Below are positions 9,397-17,634 of a stretch of DNA of 64,000 nucleotides, piece by piece. Below the pieces are notes generated by a model. It was not told the DNA's origin and ran no database searches. It was given only the letters and a program-made list of their open reading frames with translations. The DNA comes from Nitrososphaerota archaeon (GTDB taxonomy: Archaea > Thermoproteota > Nitrososphaeria_A > Caldarchaeales > Calditenuaceae), in assembly GCA_038845265.1 (NCBI GenBank), contig JAWBQR010000006.1, forward strand, positions 32,001 to 96,000, written 5' to 3'. Position 1 is the stretch's first letter. Every line of letters starts with the position of its first letter. The position numbers and the translations under genes are program-made.

Positions 9397-9774
9397 CTAC
9401 TTACCCCTAATCTCCGATAGCTTCTTGATTATCTCGTCGAGGTAGCCCTTAGCCTCGCCTGGCTCCACGACCGCCACTGAACTGGCCTTAACGTTAAGTC
9501 CAGCAGCTTTTCCCAGCTCCTCCTTGCTCGGAACATAGACATAAGGGATCTTCTTCTCATCACAGAGCGTAGGCAGGAAAGCAACAATCTCTGGCGGATC
9601 TACATCTTCAGCAATAGCTACAAATTTTGCTTGTCCCCTCTCAATGGACTTAATCACTTCATTTACGCCCTTCTTCAATTTACCGCTTGTCTTGACAAGT
9701 CTCACTACCTCAAGTGTAGCGGTAACTAGTTCTGGTGGTGTCTTAAACTTAACATAGTAGGCCTGTCCCGGCAT
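9397..9774 (-). CDS. rpl7ae: 50S ribosomal protein L7Ae (K-turn binding)
   Basis: [28 protein letters not shown]…LGKAAGL. Confidence 0.97.
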   Translation of the reverse strand: MPGQAYYVKFKTPPELVTATLEVVRLVKTSGKLKKGVNEVIKSIERGQAKFVAIAEDVDPPEIVAFLPTLCDEKKIPYVYVPSKEELGKAAGLNVKASSVAVVEPGEAKGYLDEIIKKLSEIRGK

Positions 9775-9834
9775 TCATTGTCACCTCAGCCGATCCTCAG
9801 CCAACCTAGATCTTTCTTCCCTAATTTAAATATA
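9768..9834 (-). promoter_or_regulatory. rpl7ae promoter and 5'-UTR with candidate K-turn (L7Ae autoregulation)
   Basis: TATATTTAAA at 9834-9825. Leader reads GGUUGGCUGAGGAUCGGCUGAGGUGACAAUGA-AUG, with box C-like CUGAGGA and box D CUGA overlapping the GAGGUGA SD. Confidence 0.5.
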
Positions 9835-9875
9835 ATCCCGCAGCTACACCCATAGAGAGCATGATTAATTAGGGG

Positions 9876-11009
9876 CTATCTCTCAAGTAACTCGCCATTC
9901 GTAATGATATGAATGGGCCTTAGTAAATTGCTGCCTGTTCTCTTCTCTCCGACACAGTCCACGAACTCAAACCTTCCTTCCATCATTTTCCAAACGACTA
10001 TGTCGGCTGTCGCTCCGGGCTTAAGGTTCCCAAGCTTGTCATGAATATTTAGAACTCTTGCAGGATTTATTGTCGCCCTCCTTACTACGTCGGTTAGGCT
10101 TAATCCAAGCACCAAAAATTTAGAGAGAGTCGTACCAACATCGTATACTGGACCATTAATATTTCCTAAGTGGAGGTCAGTACTTATCGTGGTTGGGAGT
10201 AATCCTTCCTGTATTGCTTTTTCAGCAATGCTGAATGAGAAGCTGGCCTGACCATGCCCCACGTCGAATACGACTCCTCTCCTGTACGCCTCCTCAACTT
10301 CTGGCCTGATCCTTCCATCCTCATCAACTACTGCGGGTGCAGGCCCTCCATGAAAACAGTGAGTCAATACATCTCCTTTCTTCATGAACTTCAAAACAAC
10401 ATCGATTGGATACCAATAAAGTGCCGAGTTCTCGCACATTAAGAATGTCCCAGTCTTGTCTGCTACCTGCCTAGCGAGCAATAATGCCTCTTGCCCATAA
10501 ACGTGATGCCACTTAATGCCTTTAATTACGTCACGGTTCTTCTCGATGCATGAAACAGTCTCAGAGGGATCTATCAGCTCAGGGCTAAGAAGAATGCTTT
10601 TAATCTTATCATAGAAGAAAGTAACCAGACCGATTGACCCAATGTTTAATAGAGCGTAGATTTTTGTTTTCGAATTTTTAATAATAAACTCCCTGAAGCT
10701 GGGAAACGTTATGTGTCCAGCAGACCCTGCATCTAGGACTGTGGTCGCTCCGGTAGATAGACAAGTCTTGTCTGGAATAACTCCGAGCTTTGGACATATA
10801 GAGTAGCAAACATGGACGTGAAGATCAATAATTCCAGGAGTGACAATCATTCCAGACGCATCAATTACATTCTTAGCAGATGATGCCGGAATATTTTTCT
10901 CCACAGCTTCTACAGTACCTTTAGAAACAGCAACATCATACTTCTCCTCTATTTCTTGGGCAGGATCAATAAGCACGCCACTCTTAATTAACAAATCATA
11001 CTTGGCCAG
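9876..11009 (-). CDS. Amidohydrolase/deacetylase-family metallohydrolase (dihydroorotase-like)
   Basis: GIIDLHVH, TTVLDAGSAG, GIK, LTHCFHG, FDVGHG, ISTDLH. Start extended to CTG at 11009 (…AKYDLLIKSG); track start is TTG at 10994. Confidence 0.85.
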   Translation of the reverse strand: MAKYDLLIKSGVLIDPAQEIEEKYDVAVSKGTVEAVEKNIPASSAKNVIDASGMIVTPGIIDLHVHVCYSICPKLGVIPDKTCLSTGATTVLDAGSAGHITFPSFREFIIKNSKTKIYALLNIGSIGLVTFFYDKIKSILLSPELIDPSETVSCIEKNRDVIKGIKWHHVYGQEALLLARQVADKTGTFLMCENSALYWYPIDVVLKFMKKGDVLTHCFHGGPAPAVVDEDGRIRPEVEEAYRRGVVFDVGHGQASFSFSIAEKAIQEGLLPTTISTDLHLGNINGPVYDVGTTLSKFLVLGLSLTDVVRRATINPARVLNIHDKLGNLKPGATADIVVWKMMEGRFEFVDCVGEKRTGSNLLRPIHIITNGELLER

Positions 11010-11017
11010 CTATCCTC

Positions 11018-11410
11018 TCACCTCTTATCAACAGTCTGTGCATCCAATACGGCTATAACGTCCATTTCAACCCTTTGTCCAAGATAATGGAAGGGACTAG
11101 TTGCTTGTACACATGTCCTAGCTGGGGGATTATCTGTGAAATATTTAGAATACACATTATTCATTTTTTCATAATCACTTACATCTTTTAGATAAACGAC
11201 TACTTTAGCTACTTTGCTTAGTGAGGAGCCCACTTCTTCTAGAATTGTCTTGATATTCAAAATCGTTTGTTCTGTCTGTGTCTCTACATCTGCATTAAGG
11301 TCATTAGGCCCCATTCCACATACAAATACCAAGTTTCCTACGATTGTAGCATGAGAGACGTAAGGTCGTCTTCCAAAAGAGGGAGAGACATGCCTCTTTA
11401 ATTCTGTCAT
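11018..11410 (-). CDS. RidA/YjgF family enamine/imine deaminase
   Basis: SHATIVGNLVFVCG, KVVVYL, MNNVYSKYF..NPPART, VEMDVIA. Confidence 0.9.
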   Translation of the reverse strand: MTELKRHVSPSFGRRPYVSHATIVGNLVFVCGMGPNDLNADVETQTEQTILNIKTILEEVGSSLSKVAKVVVYLKDVSDYEKMNNVYSKYFTDNPPARTCVQATSPFHYLGQRVEMDVIAVLDAQTVDKR

Positions 11411-11557
11411 AATAATATTCCTTGTTTTGCTCTTTATTTATATTTTTAGATTTTAATGGGGCACGAGTACAACATTACCGATGTGTTGCTTGCTGCATAA
11501 AGAGTTTAGATTTGAATTAAAAAGATAAATGGTTGATGAAATTTAAATTAATGTAAC

Positions 11558-12676
11558 ATGAAGAGGGTGCACCTACATGCTTTTGTTTATAGCGTCGCGG
11601 TTATCTCTTGGTTGTTAAGTGCAGCTCTCCATAATCCACGGATGAGCGGGAACATTTACAGCGACATAGTTTACTTCTGGTGGCGTGATGTTGAGATTAG
11701 ACTTGGGCTCGCGCCATGTTTTCAATTCTTTTTTGAGTATCCGCCCCTTTCATGTGGCGTAACATATCTCTCAAGAATTCTTGGAGGTCCTTTATTGGAG
11801 AGCTACTACTCGGTGTTTGTTTATTTGAGTCTTCCTGCATACATACTGCTTGCATGGTCAATGATTACGATTGTCGAGAAGTCGGGCGCAGGTAGGATAG
11901 GTCTCCTGGCAATAGCTTCGCCGAGCCTAGTTGTGTACGGTATATATAATTATGACCACTTTGCTACAGCCCTCGTCGGCGCTGCGATCGCTCTATTTCT
12001 CATAAAAAAGCCAGAGCTTAGTGGACTAGCGAGTGGATTAGCGTTTGCCTTCAAATTATATTCAGGCTTAATTCTTCCATTGTTTTTGATGGAGTTACGC
12101 GATAATCGTCAACGTTTAAGTTATTTTGTCTATTTTTTATTGGGCGCAGGTGTTCCTTACATCGCGCAAATTGTTCTTAATCCGTCGTCAATAGCAGAGT
12201 TCTTTAGGTACCATTATGGCTGGGGATTAGAAAATGCGTGGTACATCTGGATATTCGGCAAATCAGACTCTCCTTCAGCAAAGATCTTCGGATTAGCATT
12301 GGGTGCATATCTAGTCCTTAGAGTTTATGTCATGGATGGTTCCCTACTCTCTAGGTGTTTCTTGGCAGTGACTGCTTGGCTGTTCTCGAGCTATATCTTT
12401 ACTCCGCAGATGGTGATTTGGCTCCTTCCTCTACTTGTGGCTCAGCGAAGCGCTCTATATCTCTGGCCCGCCCTAGAGATTACAAATGTCGGGATAATCA
12501 TGACTTGGTTCGGAGAGTATGACCCAGTCATGCCTGGTACTCCCCCTCAAATACTAGCCCTCTTAAGGGCTGTCGCGCTCGGATTGATGGGCCTATCAGT
12601 GTATTATCACGAGAAAGGAGAATCCCCTAAAAAATTATTGTTCAGAATCTTAAGTATGGGGCATCGCTATGTTTGA
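11558..12676 (+). CDS. Multi-pass membrane glycosyltransferase, GT-C fold (GT87/PIG-M-like)
   Basis: YSDIVYFW…FEYPPL loop, NYD and FKLY motifs, about 10 TM helices. Confidence 0.7.
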   Translation: MKRVHLHAFVYSVAVISWLLSAALHNPRMSGNIYSDIVYFWWRDVEIRLGLAPCFQFFFEYPPLSCGVTYLSRILGGPLLESYYSVFVYLSLPAYILLAWSMITIVEKSGAGRIGLLAIASPSLVVYGIYNYDHFATALVGAAIALFLIKKPELSGLASGLAFAFKLYSGLILPLFLMELRDNRQRLSYFVYFLLGAGVPYIAQIVLNPSSIAEFFRYHYGWGLENAWYIWIFGKSDSPSAKIFGLALGAYLVLRVYVMDGSLLSRCFLAVTAWLFSSYIFTPQMVIWLLPLLVAQRSALYLWPALEITNVGIIMTWFGEYDPVMPGTPPQILALLRAVALGLMGLSVYYHEKGESPKKLLFRILSMGHRYV

Positions 12677-14036
12677 TCCATGGAACAAAATTCATCAAGT
12701 ATAGACAACACTGAAATATTCCTTTCATGAAGTATTCGAAGAGTATGTTTTCATTCGGTGCATGGATATTGGAGCCCGGATAATTTACTCCAAGTGAGAA
12801 GCATGGTTGTCGAAGAATATCAGTGATCAAGTACATAGGTCCTGATCCGGCAATATTTGGAAAGACCAGCGGCTCCATGCCTGTAACAATTTTTGCAACT
12901 TTGACTGCCAGTTGAACAGCGGGCTCTTTTGGTGATGTCCTCGCGGCAGGATAGCCGCGGTTAAGTACTTCTACTTGGACATCCTGAAAGCCATGAGAAT
13001 TCAGATGCTGTTTCAGGAGTTTTAGTATCTGGCCGGGGCGCATCCTTGGCACTAGTCGGATATCCATTTTTGCGAATGCATAAGATGGAAGCACCGTCTT
13101 TTGGCCTTTATCAATGTATCCTGAGTATATTCCACATATGTTTATCGTAGGTGAAAGTAGCCACTGTCTAAGCAGTTCTTGATTAGGTAATTCCTCTATT
13201 AATTCAGCTTGATCTGTCATGGCATCTATGTCGGCTCTATCGATATCGAGTTCTCTAATTAATTGTTCAGCTTCATGGTCCTCCACTGCCTCGTCATAGA
13301 ATCCATCTATTAATATTTTCCCATCAGTGTTTCTAATCGTCGATAGTGCCATTACTAGTCTCCACGCTGGATTTTCAATGATTGTTCCCCATGAGGAGTG
13401 TAGATCTCCCCCACGTCTCATTACAATAAGCTCGAGGTAAATCACGCCCTTAGCGCCGAGATAAATCATAGATCTACCAGCTCGATCAAATCCTCCGCCT
13501 TCCCAAATACATGCATCGGCACCTAGCTTTTCACGATAGTTCTCTATGAATTTTGGAAGGGACGGGCTGCCTACTTCTTCTTCTCCATCTAAAATGAACT
13601 TAACATTTACTGGGAGTTCACCCAGTACTTCTACGAGTGTCTTCACTGCTAGTATCCTTGATACAAGGTTTCCCTTATCATCACTCGCACCTCTCGCATA
13701 TATTTTTCCATCGATAATACGCGGCTGAAAAGGAGGGCTCGACCATTTATCAAGCGGATCGACAGGCTGCACATCATAATGGTCATAAATCATAATCGTT
13801 CCATCTTTCTTTTCGTTTAATTCTCCGAGTATTATGGGGTTGCCGCCACTATCTCTATAAGTCTCCACAGAGGCACCTAATTCTTTCAACATATCTATGA
13901 TAATTTCAGCAGCCTGCTCGATGCCCTCGCCCGTTGCTGAGACGCTAGGACATCTAAGTAGTTCAACAAATTCTCTTAAAAAGAGTTCACTATTTCTCTC
14001 GATATGTGACTTCACTTTTTCTAGAACTCGATACAT
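12642..14036 (-). CDS. M20/M25/M40 family metallopeptidase/deacylase
   Basis: YDHYDVQP, ARGASDDKG, GEEEVGS, DLHSS, NIHAPNE. Confidence 0.92.
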   Translation of the reverse strand: MYRVLEKVKSHIERNSELFLREFVELLRCPSVSATGEGIEQAAEIIIDMLKELGASVETYRDSGGNPIILGELNEKKDGTIMIYDHYDVQPVDPLDKWSSPPFQPRIIDGKIYARGASDDKGNLVSRILAVKTLVEVLGELPVNVKFILDGEEEVGSPSLPKFIENYREKLGADACIWEGGGFDRAGRSMIYLGAKGVIYLELIVMRRGGDLHSSWGTIIENPAWRLVMALSTIRNTDGKILIDGFYDEAVEDHEAEQLIRELDIDRADIDAMTDQAELIEELPNQELLRQWLLSPTINICGIYSGYIDKGQKTVLPSYAFAKMDIRLVPRMRPGQILKLLKQHLNSHGFQDVQVEVLNRGYPAARTSPKEPAVQLAVKVAKIVTGMEPLVFPNIAGSGPMYLITDILRQPCFSLGVNYPGSNIHAPNENILFEYFMKGIFQCCLYLMNFVPWIKHSDAPYLRF

Positions 14037-14147
14037 AGTCAGTTATTATTTATGAGAGCATTTAAATAATTTGTTCAGCATCTCAATAAAATACACACAT
14101 ATATTTCTTGTTAAATGATTATATCCGAGTGTTGATAAAATCGATAC

Positions 14148-14501
14148 GTGGAGCCAGTTAAGACAAGCATTACGACAGGTTTTGTTATTGCTGGTGCATA
14201 TGCAGATAAGCTAAGAAAGACACTCTTCGCACAGGTTAGGGAATACGTTAAGACAGGGCAGGTAAGGCAGGAGGAGGTAGCTAGAGCGGCAGGAGAGCTG
14301 AACTCGCTGCTCTTTAGATTAATCGTTGAGGAGCTTGGATTATCTAAGGGAGATGTAGTCAGGATAAGGGCGCAGTATCAGTTATCTGATGGAAAAATCA
14401 AATGGGATCTTAGTAGCCTACAAGTAGAGATGTTTAAAAGGGTACCCGAAGATCAAGTCAATAAAGTCCTAGCCACATTAATCCAACGAGTTAGTGAGTA
14501 G
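14148..14501 (+). CDS. DUF2258 / ThermoDBP-related ssDNA/RNA-binding protein
   Basis: TGFVIAGAYADKLRKTLFAQ…ARAAGELN..LF…KGDVVRIR signature. Confidence 0.8.
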   Translation: MEPVKTSITTGFVIAGAYADKLRKTLFAQVREYVKTGQVRQEEVARAAGELNSLLFRLIVEELGLSKGDVVRIRAQYQLSDGKIKWDLSSLQVEMFKRVPEDQVNKVLATLIQRVSE

Positions 14502-14542
14502 CATTAATTAATATATAATGTGATTTCAAATATTGCTGGTGA

Positions 14543-15505
14543 ATGAGACCTCCCGACGAGATATTCTGGAAGGACTTCCTCCCAAACTTAAGAGGAGTAA
14601 TGGCACATCTGTTACGTTCAAAGAATTATAGTCAGCCCAAGATTGCCTCTTTTCTAAACGTTACTCAGGCGGCTGTAAGTAATTATCTCTCCGCAAGTCA
14701 AGAGCAGTACATGTCGAGGCTCGAGTCTCTTGGAATACCTCGGGCAGACCTAGCCGCGCTTATCGACTCATTAGTGATGGACGTGGCAATAGGCCCAACT
14801 AAATCTACTCATACATTAATGACTGCATGGAGAAACTTCTTATCAAAGGGTTACCTATGCGATTATCACAAGCGCCAATACCCTGAGCTGGTTGATTGTC
14901 AAGTATGCTTACTCATGGATGCAACCCTAACGCCTGATAGATTAGGCATTCTAAGAAGATTAGAGGAAGCCCTTGAGATGCTTGAGAACTACTCAATCGT
15001 TGTTTATCTTTCTCCAGAGGTCTCAATAAATATTGCTGAGGCTCTTCCAGATGCTGACTCTATAGAAGACATTGCTGCTTTTCCCGGCAGAATTGTGAGG
15101 ATAAAGTCATCATTAAGGGCGGTCAGCAAACCCGCATTTGGTGGGTCGCATCATCTGGCATCAATCCTGTTGGCAGTTATGAAGCATAACCGAAATATCA
15201 GGGCGGTCATGAACGTGAAGTATGACGAGGCATTACAAGAATCATTAAAAATGGTGGGCTTGAGCTTCGCTGAGACGAACCGCCGAAACTTAGCGAGAAA
15301 CGAAAATGACGTAGTATCAGCAGTCGAGGAATTATTCATGAAAAACCCCGATATCGATATAGTAATAGATCGTGGAGGCATAGGTCTAGAACCTGCAACC
15401 TACATCTTTGGTATAAATGCCGTAGAAGTCGTAAAAAAGGCAGTAAAGATAGCAAGGGTATACATTGGTTTAAAACACTCGCTGAATACCACCAAAAATA
15501 AATAG
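14543..15505 (+). CDS. thiR: ThiR-like transcriptional regulator (XRE HTH fused to ThiN-like thiamine-phosphate-binding domain)
   Basis: N-terminal SQPKIASFLNVTQAAVSNYL HTH plus LCDYH…C..C; C-terminal PEVSINIAEA…AFPGRI…FGGSHHLA…GGIGLEP ThiN fold. Confidence 0.8.
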   Translation: MRPPDEIFWKDFLPNLRGVMAHLLRSKNYSQPKIASFLNVTQAAVSNYLSASQEQYMSRLESLGIPRADLAALIDSLVMDVAIGPTKSTHTLMTAWRNFLSKGYLCDYHKRQYPELVDCQVCLLMDATLTPDRLGILRRLEEALEMLENYSIVVYLSPEVSINIAEALPDADSIEDIAAFPGRIVRIKSSLRAVSKPAFGGSHHLASILLAVMKHNRNIRAVMNVKYDEALQESLKMVGLSFAETNRRNLARNENDVVSAVEELFMKNPDIDIVIDRGGIGLEPATYIFGINAVEVVKKAVKIARVYIGLKHSLNTTKNK

Positions 15506-15530
15506 ACACCCAGTAATTATCTTCATTATA

Positions 15531-16706
15531 ATGAAACTCATTAAGGATCCGGTGCATGGCTATATAACACTTACAGACGAGGAGGTTAGTCTTCTGGATA
15601 CTTTCGCGGTTCAGAGGCTTCGACGCATAAGCCAAATTCCCCTCGCCTATCTTGTATATCCAGGAGCCAGACATAGTAGGTTTGACCACTCGCTTGGTTG
15701 CTTGTCGCTTGCCTATGAGTTTTCTTCACATCTAGGACTTGAAGCTTTTAGCTCATTATTGCTCAGATTTTCAGCTTTGCTTCACGATATAGGACACACG
15801 CCTTATTCTCATTTATTAGAGATGAAACTAATTGAGAACGGATTGAATCATGAGGAAATGGGTATAAGGATTATCGGTGAAAACGACGAGATCTCAAGTA
15901 CACTAGAGCGTGCAGGCGTACCGCCCAGGGAGATAATCAACGTTATAAAGGGAAAAAGCAGGTTAAGCAGCTTAATTTCTGGGCCGCTCGACGTCGATAG
16001 GCTTGACTTTCTGGTAAGAGACGCATATTTTACTGGCGCCACGTATGGAGTGGTTGATATTAGGCGTCTCATACATTTGACAAGACTCGACGAACATGGA
16101 TCTTCGGTAGATATTCGTGGCCTCGGAGCAGTTGAGGAGCTCGCAATCGCTAGGCATCACTCTTTTCTTAACATATACTTTCATCACACGGTGAGGGCGG
16201 CACAGTTGCTCTTTTACAGAGCCTTTGATGAAATAGGAGATGAGGTGCTTAACTTTTCTAAGATGAGTGTAGAGGAGTATCTTCGACACGATGATTACAC
16301 AGTCTGGAGCATTCTAAAAAATAATCCAAAAACCAGAATATTTATCGAGAAGATTGAACGGCGCAGGTTACCTAAGATGGTGTATGAAAGGAAATCAGAA
16401 CGTATAGAAGAGGCATTCTCATCAAACAAGGAGAAAAGTAGAATCGAGAAGGAGATTGCCCATGAATCGAAGATAGATGAAAGACACATTTACTTAGACT
16501 CTTCAATGATTCCTCCGCTCACTAAATTCGGCGTGACTGAGATCAGGCTACATAGCGAAGAAGCCGAGGTGCAGCCAAGGTCGTGGATATTAGAGATGAC
16601 TTCAAAGCCACTTGGAATTGTGCGGGTGTATGTTGATAGAGATTATGTGGACCGAATAGAGAAAATCAGAAAGGCTGCAGAAACTATTCTAAGTCCCGTT
16701 AAGTAG
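15531..16706 (+). CDS. HD-domain phosphohydrolase (dNTP triphosphohydrolase family)
   Basis: IKDPVHG, QRLRRISQ, YPGARHSRFDHSLG, LLHDIGH.PYSH, DVDRLDFL.RD. Confidence 0.92.
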   Translation: MKLIKDPVHGYITLTDEEVSLLDTFAVQRLRRISQIPLAYLVYPGARHSRFDHSLGCLSLAYEFSSHLGLEAFSSLLLRFSALLHDIGHTPYSHLLEMKLIENGLNHEEMGIRIIGENDEISSTLERAGVPPREIINVIKGKSRLSSLISGPLDVDRLDFLVRDAYFTGATYGVVDIRRLIHLTRLDEHGSSVDIRGLGAVEELAIARHHSFLNIYFHHTVRAAQLLFYRAFDEIGDEVLNFSKMSVEEYLRHDDYTVWSILKNNPKTRIFIEKIERRRLPKMVYERKSERIEEAFSSNKEKSRIEKEIAHESKIDERHIYLDSSMIPPLTKFGVTEIRLHSEEAEVQPRSWILEMTSKPLGIVRVYVDRDYVDRIEKIRKAAETILSPVK

Positions 16707-17597
16707 TTTTCTTCTATGATTAATCACTCTTTTTAGACCTTCAGTAAGGCTGACTATTGGCTCATATCCAAGTATATTCTTAATCTTTTCAATCGAAGGA
16801 TAACTAATCATTGGTTCTGCTTCTGCCGCGGTTCGGGGAGGCATCTCAACGAGTCTGGAATTGGACATAGTCAGTTCTCTGATCATCTCGGCAAGCTGTC
16901 TTATAGATATAGCTGAACCTGTTCCAACATTAAAAATTTCTCCAACTGCTTTGTCAGAGTTAATTGATAGCTCTACAGCCTTTGCATAATTGTCTACATG
17001 GTATGGGTCGGTTACATCAGCGCCCCTGTTATAAAGAGTAATCGCCTCATTTTTTAGACATGCATCAATAAACCTAGATACTACGCTGCTTGGTGAATCA
17101 AATTCGCCGAAGAGTTTCCAAGATCTGAATATTACTACTGGGAGACCCTTGGAGCGGTGATACGCCATGACGAGTTGTTCTGCTGCTACTTTTGAATAGT
17201 CATATGGTGTCCTAGGCGAGAGTTCGGCATCTTCTGTGACAGGGAGTTTTGGCCTTGCTCCATAAACATTTGCTGAAGATGCATAGATGAATCTATCGAC
17301 ACCTAAATTTTTTGCAGCTTCAAGCATATTTAGCGTGCCTACGCAGTTAATGTATAGACAATTAAACGGGTCTGCGAGACAACTAGGAATATTTGCGATC
17401 GCTGCCAAATGAATTATTATTTCAACGTCTAGCTCCTTTAGTTTAGAGGTCAATTCTTTACTTGAGGATATGTCAGCGTTTATATCGGAAGTTTGTGCTA
17501 TATCCAACCCAATAACTCGGTATCCTCTTGATTTAAAATATTCCTTTAGGCTTTTACCGACAAACCCCTCAGACCCAGTGATCAGGATGGTCTTCAA
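16689..17597 (-). CDS. NAD-dependent nucleotide-sugar epimerase/dehydratase
   Basis: TGSEGFVG, HLAA, YDYSK (YxxxK), FNVGTG. Confidence 0.9.
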   Translation of the reverse strand: MKTILITGSEGFVGKSLKEYFKSRGYRVIGLDIAQTSDINADISSSKELTSKLKELDVEIIIHLAAIANIPSCLADPFNCLYINCVGTLNMLEAAKNLGVDRFIYASSANVYGARPKLPVTEDAELSPRTPYDYSKVAAEQLVMAYHRSKGLPVVIFRSWKLFGEFDSPSSVVSRFIDACLKNEAITLYNRGADVTDPYHVDNYAKAVELSINSDKAVGEIFNVGTGSAISIRQLAEMIRELTMSNSRLVEMPPRTAAEAEPMISYPSIEKIKNILGYEPIVSLTEGLKRVINHRRKLLNGT

Positions 17598-17634
17598 TTC
17601 GTAGCTTTACTAGTTGATATACCTCTTAAAAAAT

